Part shown: in pieces, positions 35,326 through 43,878 of the stretch | Numbering within the stretch: position 1 is the stretch's first letter | Layout of the letters: every line of letters begins with the position of its first letter | DNA from: Acidobacteriota bacterium | Lineage (GTDB): Bacteria > Acidobacteriota > Vicinamibacteria > Vicinamibacterales > 2-12-FULL-66-21 | Length of the DNA: 64,000 bases | Direction: 5' to 3' | NCBI GenBank assembly: GCA_046732715.1 | Contig: JBKPNQ010000131.1 | Span: forward strand, 1,692-65,691 | Translations under genes and position numbers: made by a program | The notes under the pieces: generated by a model | What the model was told of the DNA's origin: nothing | Seen by the model: only the letters and a program-made list of their open reading frames with translations | The model's database searches: none

Positions 35326-36936
35326 ATGATTCGTTTCGCCAAAGCGGCAGTGTTGTTCACGGTGCTGACGGTCGTGATGACATGGCCACAGGCCGCCCGG
35401 TTCACAACCGATGCGTGGCAGCACGAGGATGTCTTTTTCAACATGTGGCGACTCGGCTGGTTCGCGCACGCCCTGGCGAAATCGCCGGGTCACGTCCTGG
35501 ACGGAAATATCTTCTACCCTGAACCTCGCACCCTGACCTACTCGGATGCGATGGTGGTCGAATCGGTCGTCGCGGCACCGTTGTTGTGGACCGGAGTACC
35601 GCCGGTTCTCGTCCACAACCTCATGCTGCTCGGCGGCATTGTGTTGTCGGCCGTCGGCATCTTCATGCTCGCGGCGAAGCTGACCGGTAGTCAAACCGCT
35701 GCGGTCACCGCCGGGATCGTGTTCGCGTTCGTACCCTACCGGTTCGACCACTACATGCATCTGGAGCTGCAGTGGACCGTGTGGATTCCATGGACTTTTT
35801 GGGCCCTTCACCGAACGCTCGAAACCGGGGCGATCCGCGATGCCCTGCTCCTGGGCCTGTTCGTCACACTCCAGGTGATGTCGAGCATCTACTACGGTCT
35901 GTTTCTTGTCGTGCTTGTTGCCGTGTGCGCCCTGTTCCTTCTCTGCGGCGTCCGTCCTGGCGAGCTGCGAAGCCGGATGACCGGTCTGGTCGTCGGCGGC
36001 GCAACCGCCGCCGTCCTCATCTTGCCCTACGCGATGCCCTATGTCGCGGCCCGGCGCAGTCTCGGTCCTCGACCCGAAGCACAGATCGTGCTGTTCAGCG
36101 CACGTCCATCCAGTTATCGGACCGCGACCGTCAACAACTATCTCTATGGACATCGATCGATTCGCATGGGCCGTTCGGAACGGCGATTGTTCCCAGGCGT
36201 TCTTCCGCCACTGCTGGCCGTTGTCGGGTTGCTGCTGTACGCCCCACCCAAACAAGCACTGATGTACCTGGTAGGCCTGGCGATGGCGTTCGAGATGTCG
36301 CTCGGCCTCAAGGGATACACATTCAGCTTCCTCTACGATCATGTTCCGGCATTCGATGGTCTCCGAGCGCCAGCCCGCGCCGGAATCTTCGTCGTCTTCT
36401 TTCTTGGAGTGCTCGCGGCTTACGGACACGCCGCGCTCGAGCGGTTCTTCGGTACACGTATGCAACGCGTGTTCATGGCGCTGATTCCCGCTGTGCTCCT
36501 GCTGGAGTACTGGGTTGCTCCCTTGCCCCTCGTCTCCTACCCAACGGCACCTCCTCCACTCTATCAATGGCTCAAGACCCAGCCAGCCGGCGTCGTCGCG
36601 GAGTTTCCCATGCCGCAGCCGGACGAGTTGCCCGCCCATGACCCGCGCTACGAATACATGTCTACGTTTCATCAGATGCCGTTGATTAACGGCTACAGCG
36701 GGCATTACCCGGAGTCGTATCTCGCCCGCGTCTATCGTCTGCGTGGTATGCCGGACGATGCCGCACTCCAGACGCTGGTCGGCGAGAACGTCCGGTATGT
36801 CATCGTTCACCAGGGTCTCTATCGTCGTGGCACGGGCGACGAGGTGTATTGGGCGCTCAAACGCCATTCCCGATTTCGCGAAGTTGGCCATTTCGACGAC
36901 GGGTTGGGCGGAGCCGACGTGTTCACGGTGCGCTGA
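35326..36936 (+). CDS. Large polytopic membrane protein, GT-C-like, paralogue 2 (divergent from paralogue 1)
   Basis: ATG 35326 (MIRFAKAAVLFTVLTVVMTWPQAARF...). It shares long identical blocks with 33494..35125 (GNIFYPEPRTL, PVLVHNL, FAF.PYRF.H.MH.ELQWT.W, SERRLFPG, GLRAPAR.GIFVV.FL.VLA, GVVAEFPMP, NGYSG, VRYV.VHQ). Confidence 0.85.
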   Translation: MIRFAKAAVLFTVLTVVMTWPQAARFTTDAWQHEDVFFNMWRLGWFAHALAKSPGHVLDGNIFYPEPRTLTYSDAMVVESVVAAPLLWTGVPPVLVHNLMLLGGIVLSAVGIFMLAAKLTGSQTAAVTAGIVFAFVPYRFDHYMHLELQWTVWIPWTFWALHRTLETGAIRDALLLGLFVTLQVMSSIYYGLFLVVLVAVCALFLLCGVRPGELRSRMTGLVVGGATAAVLILPYAMPYVAARRSLGPRPEAQIVLFSARPSSYRTATVNNYLYGHRSIRMGRSERRLFPGVLPPLLAVVGLLLYAPPKQALMYLVGLAMAFEMSLGLKGYTFSFLYDHVPAFDGLRAPARAGIFVVFFLGVLAAYGHAALERFFGTRMQRVFMALIPAVLLLEYWVAPLPLVSYPTAPPPLYQWLKTQPAGVVAEFPMPQPDELPAHDPRYEYMSTFHQMPLINGYSGHYPESYLARVYRLRGMPDDAALQTLVGENVRYVIVHQGLYRRGTGDEVYWALKRHSRFREVGHFDDGLGGADVFTVR

Positions 36937-37001
36937 ACACATTCGTCCGACTAAAACCGAAGAACCGCCCGGGGGCGAGATTCGGCGCTAATATCTCCGC
37001 C

Positions 37002-38693
37002 ATGAGACTGCGACTGACTCTCCTGCTCTGTCTGCTTTTCGCCTCCTCGTGCGCGCGCACCTCGGCGCAACAGCCCTACGACCTGACGATCACCGGCGGC
37101 TCGGTGCTGAACGGCGAGGGCACGCCAGCGGTGCGAATGGACGTAGGAATTCGCGGCGGTCGCATCGCAGCGCTGGGCAATCTCGGCAGCGCAGCGGCGA
37201 CGCGGCGAATTGACGCGTCCGGGCTGACGGTCGCGCCCGGTTTCATCGACATGCACAATCACTCGGACTACACCGTCCTCGTAGAGCCCAAAGCCGAGAG
37301 CATGATCCGGCAGGGCGTGACAACGATGGTGCTGGGCGAGTCGCGATCGGCAGGGCCAATCAAGGCGGGAGCTGAAGAGGCACGCGCTCGCGCCGACGGC
37401 GTCGCGGTCGACTGGACAACGCTCGGCGGCTATTTTTCCAAGCTCGAACAGAAGCACATGTCGACCAACATCGCGTCGTACGTCGGTGAGGAACAGGTGT
37501 GGACCTACGTGAAAGGCTACGGTCAGTCACCGGCGACGCCGCAGGAGCTCGACGAGATGAAGCGGCTCATCGCGCAGGCGATGCAGGACGGCGCGATGGG
37601 CCTCTCGACCGCGCTGTTGGAGCCTCCGTCGAGCCTGGCGACGACCGCCAACTTGATCGAGCTGGCCATGACCGCCAAAGAGTATGGCGGCATCTATTCA
37701 TCGCACATCCGGGATGAAGGCGAAGGCGTTTTCCGCGCGATCGACGAAGCGATCCAGGTGGGCAAAGGCGCGAGAATTCCGGTCGACATCATCCACATGA
37801 AGATTGCGCACAAGAAGTTGTGGGGCCGCGCCAACGAAATCATCGCGATGGTACAGAAGGCCCGCGACGAGGGGTATGACATTCGCGCCAACGTCTACCC
37901 GTACACGGCGGGACAGAACAATCTCTCTTCAATCGTGCCGCCGTGGGCACACGACGGCGGCCGCGAGAAGATGCTCGAGCGATTGAAGGATCCGGCGGCG
38001 CGGAAGCGGATGCGCGAGGAGGTCCTGAATGGCCTGCCAAACTGGTACAACCACTACCTCGCGACCGGCGACGGGTGGGGCGGGATGTTGCTCGTATCGT
38101 TGAAGAGCGACCGCAACAAGCCGTTCCAGGGCAAGCGTATGAGCGACTTGATCGCGGCGCGCGGCGGCAATCCCGCCGATGTCCTGTTCGATGTGCTGGT
38201 GGAGGAAGGCGGCAGCGTGCCAACCGTGTTCTTTCATCATTCCGAGCCGGACATGCAATTGATCCTGAGGCAGCCATGGACGTCTATCGGCTCGGATGGC
38301 AGCGCAGTGAGCCCCGATGGCCCAACCGGCCGCACTCATCCGCACCCGCGCTACTACGGAACGTTTCCGCGTGTGCTCGGCCGCTATGCGCGCGAGCTGA
38401 AGGTCGTCACACTACCCGAGGCGGTCAAGAAAATGACCAGCATGAACGCCGACAAGATTGGCATCCGCGATCGAGGGCGGTTAAAGGAAGGATTCGCCGC
38501 TGACGTCACGGTCTTCGATCAGGATCGCGTGATCGATCGCGCGACGTTCGAACAGCCGCACCAGTTCCCGGTCGGAATCAAGTACGTCATCGTCAACGGC
38601 GTCGTCACAGTCGACAACGAACGTCACACCGGCGCACTGGCCGGGCAAGTCATTTATGGGCCGGGCAAGCGGCCGCCGGGCAGCTCCCGATAA
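37002..38693 (+). CDS. Exported N-acyl-D-amino-acid deacylase (D-aminoacylase) family amidohydrolase
   Basis: ATG 37002. Signal peptide MRLRLTLLLCLLFASSCA. YDLTITGGSVLNGEG...DVGIRGGRIAALG...GLTVAPGFIDMHNHSD (HxH metal site), later SHIRDEG, and C-terminal ..GIRDRGRLKEGFAADVTVFD...GIKYVIVNG. Confidence 0.9.
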   Translation: MRLRLTLLLCLLFASSCARTSAQQPYDLTITGGSVLNGEGTPAVRMDVGIRGGRIAALGNLGSAAATRRIDASGLTVAPGFIDMHNHSDYTVLVEPKAESMIRQGVTTMVLGESRSAGPIKAGAEEARARADGVAVDWTTLGGYFSKLEQKHMSTNIASYVGEEQVWTYVKGYGQSPATPQELDEMKRLIAQAMQDGAMGLSTALLEPPSSLATTANLIELAMTAKEYGGIYSSHIRDEGEGVFRAIDEAIQVGKGARIPVDIIHMKIAHKKLWGRANEIIAMVQKARDEGYDIRANVYPYTAGQNNLSSIVPPWAHDGGREKMLERLKDPAARKRMREEVLNGLPNWYNHYLATGDGWGGMLLVSLKSDRNKPFQGKRMSDLIAARGGNPADVLFDVLVEEGGSVPTVFFHHSEPDMQLILRQPWTSIGSDGSAVSPDGPTGRTHPHPRYYGTFPRVLGRYARELKVVTLPEAVKKMTSMNADKIGIRDRGRLKEGFAADVTVFDQDRVIDRATFEQPHQFPVGIKYVIVNGVVTVDNERHTGALAGQVIYGPGKRPPGSSR

Positions 38694-38720
38694 CTCGCCG
38701 TCCGCGACTCGATCGATGGC

Positions 38721-38762
38721 GGCGGTGGCCAGAGAACCGTTGCTCCTCCGGGAGCCACCGCC
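38721..38762. terminator. Hairpin between convergent genes (possible bidirectional terminator)
   Basis: ggcggtggc (38721-38729) pairs perfectly with gccaccgcc (38754-38762), with a nested ctcc/ggag pair. It is followed by gatttcg. There is no strong U-run. Confidence 0.35.
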
Positions 38763-38778
38763 GATTTCGTCGATCGAC

Positions 38779-39186
38779 TCAGCTCTTCGGCATCTGCACT
38801 TTTCCACGCATGCTGCCGCCATCCTGAATGGCGAAACGCGGCGACGCGACGTCGCCAGTCACCGAGCCGGTCGATCGGATTTCGACCTTCTCCCCTGCGA
38901 TGACGTTGCCGGTCACGCCTCCCATGATGACGACGTTCTTGGCAGAGATCTCCGCCTTGATGTCAGCATCGGGGCCTATAGTGAGCGTGTACTCCGTAAG
39001 CTTGACGCTGCCTTCCATGCGGCCGTACAGGGTCAGATCCTCCGAGCCGCTGAGCTCTCCCTTTATCATCACTGACTTGCCGAGATTCATGACGAGCTTG
39101 TCGGCAGCATCGCGCGCGATCGGCGACGGTGGCGGCGGACCCTGACGCGAGCCTGCCGCTGCATCCGCTTCATCTCGTTTCCACAT
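38779..39186 (-). CDS. Bactofilin-family cytoskeletal protein
   Basis: Start ATG 39186. The core SVMIKGELSGSEDLTLYGRMEGSVKLTEYTLTIGPDADIKAEISAKNVVIMGGVTGNVIAGEKVEIRSTGSVTGDVASPRFAIQDGGSMRGKV is the DUF583 beta-helical repeat. It has a Pro-rich N-terminal tail. Confidence 0.9.
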   Translation of the reverse strand: MWKRDEADAAAGSRQGPPPPSPIARDAADKLVMNLGKSVMIKGELSGSEDLTLYGRMEGSVKLTEYTLTIGPDADIKAEISAKNVVIMGGVTGNVIAGEKVEIRSTGSVTGDVASPRFAIQDGGSMRGKVQMPKS

Positions 39187-39320
39187 GATCGTCTCCCAGA
39201 TCGCAGGGGCTTCCGATGTGAGAGACACGATACTCGAAATCGGCTGGAGCGGAGTGACAAAAGCGACGAGCATCTCGAGGCGAGCTCATCATTCTCGACG
39301 CTAGCCGAGTTCGATCGGCG

Positions 39321-40649
39321 TTATGCATGACGACCGAAAGCGGACTGTCGTCTGGTGTCGCGCATCGCGATCGAGACAATGAGCGCGATTGCGATCATCG
39401 AAGAGAGATAGTAGGAAAACCAGACTTCGTGCCCGATCGATTTGAACCACAACGCGATGGATTCGGCCGGGCCGCCGAAAATCGACGTCGTGATCGCGTA
39501 AGGCAGGCCGACTCCAGTGGCTCGCACGGTGGTTGGGAACAGCTCGGCCTTCACCAGCGCGTTGACCGACGTGTAGCCGGCGACGATCAGCCACGCCGCC
39601 GCGATCAGCGCGAACGCCGCGCCGGCGCTCTTCGCCGATTGCAGCGAACGGAGCAACGGAATCGTGCACACCGTCCCCATCAGACCGAACCAGATTAGGA
39701 GCGGCTTCCGCCCGATCCTGTCGGAAAGCGCTCCGTAAATCGGCTGCAGGCACGCCGCAAACACCAGCGATCCCGCGCTGACCATCGTCGTTTGGTTGTC
39801 GCCCAACCCAACCGACAGCTTCAGGAACTTTTGCATGTACGTCGTATATGTATAAAACGCCGTTGTCCCTCCTGCCGTGAGCCCGACGACAATCAAGACC
39901 TCACGGGGATAGTTGAAGAGCGCCCGAAACGAACTGTCGCGCCTCTCCGACACCCTGGCCTCGATGAAGTCTTCCGTCTCGTGGAGACTCCTGCGCATTA
40001 CGACGGCAATGATGGCGAGGAGAGCACCGATCGCAAACGGGATGCGCCAACCCCAGGCCCGCATTTGCGCCGGGGTCAGAAACAATTGCTGCAACACGAG
40101 CAGGACGAGGATGGCGCAGAGTTGACCGCCGATCAGCGTCACGTAATGAAAACTGACGTAGAAGCCACGGTGCTTGCCGTCGGCCACTTCCGCGAGGTAG
40201 GTGGCGCTGGCACCATACTCTCCCCCCAGGCTCAAGCCCTGGACGATGCGCGCCAGCCCCAGCAACACCGGCGCCGCAGCGCCGATCGAGGCATATGTTG
40301 GTGTGACCGCGATGACGAGGGACCCACAACACATCAGCAAGACTGAGAGCATCAGGGCGGTTCTTCGCCCATGATGGTCGGCGAGGTGCCCGAACAGCCA
40401 GCCGCCGATCGGCCGCATCACGAAGCCGATGGCAAACACGAGCGCGGCGTTCAGTTGCTGCAGGACCGGATCGTTGCCGGGAAAGAACGAATTGGCGAAA
40501 TAGAGCGCGAAGGCGGTGTAGGCGTAAAAGTCGTACCACTCGACCAGATTGCCGATGGATCCGATGAAGATCGCTTTCAACCGGCGCCGAACGTCGGGCA
40601 AGCGGAGCGAGTCGGTGCCGCCCGCCACGTGATTCATGGCGAGCATCAT
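39321..40649 (-). CDS. kgtP: Alpha-ketoglutarate permease-like MFS metabolite:H+ symporter
   Basis: GNLVEWYDFYAYTAFALYFANSFFPGNDPVLQQLNAALVFAIGFVMRPIGGWLFGHLADHHGRRTALMLSVLLMCCGSLVIA...GLSLGGEYGASATYLAEVA...FHYVTLIGGQL tracks E. coli KgtP block by block as I remember it. 12-TM layout. Confidence 0.85.
   Translation of the reverse strand: MMLAMNHVAGGTDSLRLPDVRRRLKAIFIGSIGNLVEWYDFYAYTAFALYFANSFFPGNDPVLQQLNAALVFAIGFVMRPIGGWLFGHLADHHGRRTALMLSVLLMCCGSLVIAVTPTYASIGAAAPVLLGLARIVQGLSLGGEYGASATYLAEVADGKHRGFYVSFHYVTLIGGQLCAILVLLVLQQLFLTPAQMRAWGWRIPFAIGALLAIIAVVMRRSLHETEDFIEARVSERRDSSFRALFNYPREVLIVVGLTAGGTTAFYTYTTYMQKFLKLSVGLGDNQTTMVSAGSLVFAACLQPIYGALSDRIGRKPLLIWFGLMGTVCTIPLLRSLQSAKSAGAAFALIAAAWLIVAGYTSVNALVKAELFPTTVRATGVGLPYAITTSIFGGPAESIALWFKSIGHEVWFSYYLSSMIAIALIVSIAMRDTRRQSAFGRHA
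40100..40166. repeat. 67-bp direct repeat, copy A (inside kgtP coding sequence)
   Basis: gcaggacgaggatggcgcagagttgaccgccgatcagcgtcacgtaatgaaaactgacgtagaagcc. It differs at 1 position from 41542-41608. Confidence 0.9.
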
Positions 40650-40785
40650 ACGATTGAAGCCATCAGATCCCGCGTCGGCCTTGACTCAGACGAATCGTGC
40701 GAAGCATCGTGCCCATTCTGGACAACCATCAGGTTTGAGAGTACAAGACAGCAGGTCGCTCCTGCGAAACGCTCTGGAGGGACGA

Positions 40786-41472
40786 ATGAAGCCCAAGCTC
40801 GAGTACTTCTCTCACGGCCCGTATGTCGTCGAACTCCAGAGCAAGCTCAATGCCCTGATGCCCGACGTTCTGCCGCTGTTGAAGATCGATGGGACATACG
40901 GCGACAGCACGGTCGCACGGGTCAAACAGTTTCAGAAAAGTCGTGGACTGTTTCCCGATGGTCTCGTGGGCGCGAAGACCTGGGCGGCGATCGATGGGTT
41001 GCCGGGTACGTCGCCTGCCGCGTCGCCCGGCAAGTTTCCGCATTCCGCGCCACCATCGCCCCCTGCGGAAGCCCACGGCTCCCACGCGGCGCACCTCGTA
41101 GGTGAGCGGGCTTATCTGGGCGCTGCTCTCAGGTGTGACCAGGGCACCCACTTGAGTGTGTTCGTCCTGGCACCGGACACTCCGGCAACGGTGGCGGACA
41201 GCAAACCATGGGTCAACATCATGCCGTTCGGCCGGTGCAAATCTCTCAATCACCCCAATGCCGACCCGGAAGTCTGGGTTGATCCGGTCATGGGAGACGT
41301 GTCATTCACAACCGGTGAGACCAAACCCGGGACCTGGCCGATGTGCACGCTCGACATTTACTCACAGTGGCTGGGAAATTTCGGCAAGACGGCAGAAAGC
41401 CTAGAGTCTCGAGTGATCAACAAATCCGCGAAGTGCTTGTGCAAGTGCGGCGGCACCGTTCGATTCCTTTGA
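40786..41472 (+). CDS. Peptidoglycan-binding (PG_binding_1) domain fused to DUF4280 (PAAR-like) domain protein
   Basis: ATG 40786 is preceded by GGAGGGA. N-terminal VVELQSKLNALMPDVLPLLKIDGTYGDSTVARVKQFQKSRGLFPDGLVGAKTWAAI is a PG_binding_1 repeat. C-terminal GAALRCDQGT..SVFVL......KPWVNIMPFGRCKSLNHPN....PMCTLDIYSQW.....INKSAKCLCKCGGTVRF follows the DUF4280 consensus (L.C..G...S.L.V.P.....NI.PFG.C.S..NP...P.PC.P....W......S.L.C..GG.I.). No signal peptide. Confidence 0.85.
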   Translation: MKPKLEYFSHGPYVVELQSKLNALMPDVLPLLKIDGTYGDSTVARVKQFQKSRGLFPDGLVGAKTWAAIDGLPGTSPAASPGKFPHSAPPSPPAEAHGSHAAHLVGERAYLGAALRCDQGTHLSVFVLAPDTPATVADSKPWVNIMPFGRCKSLNHPNADPEVWVDPVMGDVSFTTGETKPGTWPMCTLDIYSQWLGNFGKTAESLESRVINKSAKCLCKCGGTVRFL

Positions 41473-41477
41473 GCAGT

Positions 41478-42131
41478 TCAGGCGCACAGCTGTGCGCGAG
41501 TGTAGCGCTCGAGAAAGTCGCGATCGAATGAGCGCACTCTGGCAGGACGAGGATGGCGCAGAGCTGACCGCCGATCAGCGTCACGTAATGAAAACTGACG
41601 TAGAAGCCGCCTTACCGCAGCCGCTGGCATGGTCTCCTGCCTCGTGAGCGTGAACTGGCTACTCGTCGGCGCCTGGAGTCCCAGGCTGTCGCACGCTGTG
41701 AAGACGACGTCGAGTTGACCTGAAATTGACGTCGCCATTGCGGTGCCTGTCCCCTGTCCTGACACCAGGCAGTCTGGTACACCGGCAATCGCGCCGGCCT
41801 TCGAGACATAACGGAGTGACAGCTGCGTTCCGGTCACGGTGCCCGATAGGGTGCCCGTAAAAGTCAGGTCGCTCACGGCGGGTGACGTCGTGAGTGTCGC
41901 GGGCCCCGAAACCGTGTTACCGGTTTGAGTTGCCGACCACGTCAAGCGCAGCGCTCTTCCGCCCCCGGAGCCGGACCCGATGCTCCCCGACCACGTTCCG
42001 GAAAGGTCAATCGTCGTCGACGGTGTCATTGACTGACTGCCGCAACCCCACGCGATCAACGCCAGCAAAGGGAAGATGATACCGGCCGCGACCCGACGCC
42101 ACGCCGGAGTCCGCCGACGCCGCATGAACAT
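41478..42131 (-). CDS. Probable lipoprotein, Thr/Gly/Ser-rich beta protein (C-terminal ~40 codons derived from out-of-frame kgtP fragment)
   Basis: Start ATG 42131. MFMRRRRTPAWRRVAAGIIFPLLALIAWGCGSQ has a lipobox-like AWGC. The mature part is TWSGSIGSGSGGGRALRLTWSATQTGNTVSG...TFTGTLSGTVTG. The tail RRLLRQFSLRDADRRSALRHPRPARV is encoded by repeat copy B. Confidence 0.7.
   Translation of the reverse strand: MFMRRRRTPAWRRVAAGIIFPLLALIAWGCGSQSMTPSTTIDLSGTWSGSIGSGSGGGRALRLTWSATQTGNTVSGPATLTTSPAVSDLTFTGTLSGTVTGTQLSLRYVSKAGAIAGVPDCLVSGQGTGTAMATSISGQLDVVFTACDSLGLQAPTSSQFTLTRQETMPAAAVRRLLRQFSLRDADRRSALRHPRPARVRSFDRDFLERYTRAQLCA
41542..41608. repeat. 67-bp direct repeat, copy B (orphan kgtP fragment inside the 3' end of the lipoprotein ORF)
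   Basis: gcaggacgaggatggcgcagagctgaccgccgatcagcgtcacgtaatgaaaactgacgtagaagcc. Same orientation as copy A, 1442 bp away. The flanks are unrelated. Confidence 0.9.
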
Positions 42132-42263
42132 CCGCGTTGCAGGGGCCGACCCGACTTTGGCCGCTGTGAACATCCTTGCGTTCGCCCTTCCCTGTATAGG
42201 CCAAAAGACGACAGATTCTTTCAAGCCGGCTCCGCTCGGTCGCCGTCCGTCCTGTCCGGCTCC

Positions 42264-43466
42264 TCAGATCAGCAGCCGCAATCGCTCCCGGGCGGCCCAT
42301 TCCTTCAGAAGCCGACGCGATTTTCCTGCGGCCGAACGATTACACCAGCCTCGCGCCTGGACGATCGCGCGTTTGTTCAGGTCCACTTCAATCGTCAGGA
42401 CATGGCGAATCTTCGCACCTCGCCGGACGCGGAGCGACCAAATCCGGGATGCCCCTCGCCAACATCGACCTGCATAACTCGCCACGCAATGGTGGAGGGC
42501 GCTGCCCTCGATGCGGAGCTGTTCGCTATTGGTCAACTCCATGAGTTGCCACACCATTGGCGGTGCGGACGAGTCCTGACTTGGTTCCTCCAGGAACATA
42601 GGTCGCAGCGGTGACGGCGACCACGTGAACCCTCCAGTGGTGACGCCCAGCCCGCGATGCCACTCCTGCATCAATCGCAACACGGATCGGACGGTGCGCC
42701 CCTTCATCGAGAACGACGGCTGCGGCGGATCGCGCAGCACGATTCCATCGCGGGTTTCCACCGCGACACGTTCGTGCCGAATCGCCTGAAGGAAGTCGAG
42801 CAACGGCCCAACCTGGGCGACATCAATCGCCTGAGCATTCGCAATTAGAAATCTCCAGACTGTCCGCCAGAACGCGCCATGACGCAGATCCATGACCGCA
42901 CGGGTTGCCACTACTGCGTCGACCAACTCGTCCGTCGCTCCGAGTGCGACCAGCTCCGCTCGCCGCATCGCGTGCTCGATCGAAAAGTGATCGCATGACC
43001 CGAGAAAGATGTGCTCCATCTTCCGGGACATGGCGATCGGCAGATCGAGCGACCGAAAGCTCGCGCCCCGACCGTGCGCAACGAACCATTCACGCTTTCT
43101 TTCGGCGTAGTCACCCTCCGCCGCGTGCCACGACGCTCCGAGAAACACCGGTATGACGTATGGACAGGTCAAGTGTTGTGCAAGAGACGCCACCGCCCGA
43201 TGCCAGGACGCGGACGTGCCGCACCAATTCGACACCCGTCGAACATGCGCGTTCCTGAAGCGGGACAGATTCGCCAGCGCCTCGATGCCTTGATGCCGAC
43301 CGTTTACGACCGGCGCGTCCAGGATCCGTGTGCCTCGATCGCGAGTGCAGCGCAACAGCTCACGAAATGTAGCCGACGCATCCGAGGCGAGACGCGAGTA
43401 GGCCTCACTAATCGCACGGTCAGTTTGTCGCTTGTGATGCCGAACGAACCGTTCAGCCGAAGACAC
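42264..43466 (-). CDS. PcfJ-like domain protein
   Basis: 400 aa. The C-terminal ELTNSEQLRIEGSALHHCVASYAGRCWRGASRIWSLRVRRGAKIRHVLTIEVDLNKRAIVQARGWCNR matches the PcfJ-like signature (EL.....L..EG..M.HCV.SY...C..G...I.SLR.......TIEV......I.Q.RG..N). This family is usually found on conjugative or mobile elements. Confidence 0.8.
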   Translation of the reverse strand: MSSAERFVRHHKRQTDRAISEAYSRLASDASATFRELLRCTRDRGTRILDAPVVNGRHQGIEALANLSRFRNAHVRRVSNWCGTSASWHRAVASLAQHLTCPYVIPVFLGASWHAAEGDYAERKREWFVAHGRGASFRSLDLPIAMSRKMEHIFLGSCDHFSIEHAMRRAELVALGATDELVDAVVATRAVMDLRHGAFWRTVWRFLIANAQAIDVAQVGPLLDFLQAIRHERVAVETRDGIVLRDPPQPSFSMKGRTVRSVLRLMQEWHRGLGVTTGGFTWSPSPLRPMFLEEPSQDSSAPPMVWQLMELTNSEQLRIEGSALHHCVASYAGRCWRGASRIWSLRVRRGAKIRHVLTIEVDLNKRAIVQARGWCNRSAAGKSRRLLKEWAARERLRLLI

Positions 43467-43878
43467 GACGCCCTCCTTCGTTTCCAGAACGGGATCTGCT
43501 GATGTCGACCGCGGCCGCAGCCGTGCGATCGACGTGAGAGGCGGAACAGATGGATCACGCCCGGACGCGATTCAGTCCGCCACGCAGGCCCGCACTAGAC
43601 GAGGGAGAAGAACATCGTGAAACGATCGTGAGGCTTCGGCAGGCGATTCGTCAAGGGACAGAAGTGTAATTATCCAGAGGAATCGCGGAACGGACGCCCG
43701 CTGTGGCGAGGCCGCAACTGACGCAACACGACCGACACACTCGCCATCCGCACGCGCCAAAACACCTGAAAAAGTGCGCCTGTGTGCCGGCATTTCCTTT
43801 GCGACACCTTTTCAAACAGCTGTGGAGGCGTCGCGAGGAGTCGGTGTGAACACATCCTAATTTCAGGAGACTGAAGGT

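Noticed and set aside
35128-36942. 604-codon minus-strand ORF covering the whole of paralogue 2
   Set aside because: It is an antisense shadow ORF of a high-GC gene. The translation is Arg/Gly/His-rich with no motifs, while the plus-strand product is a clean homologue of 33494..35125.
40786-41472. Assigning the DUF4280 protein to a type VI secretion or contractile injection system
   Set aside because: No sheath, tube, baseplate, VgrG or ClpV-like gene is present anywhere in the window, so I make only the domain call.
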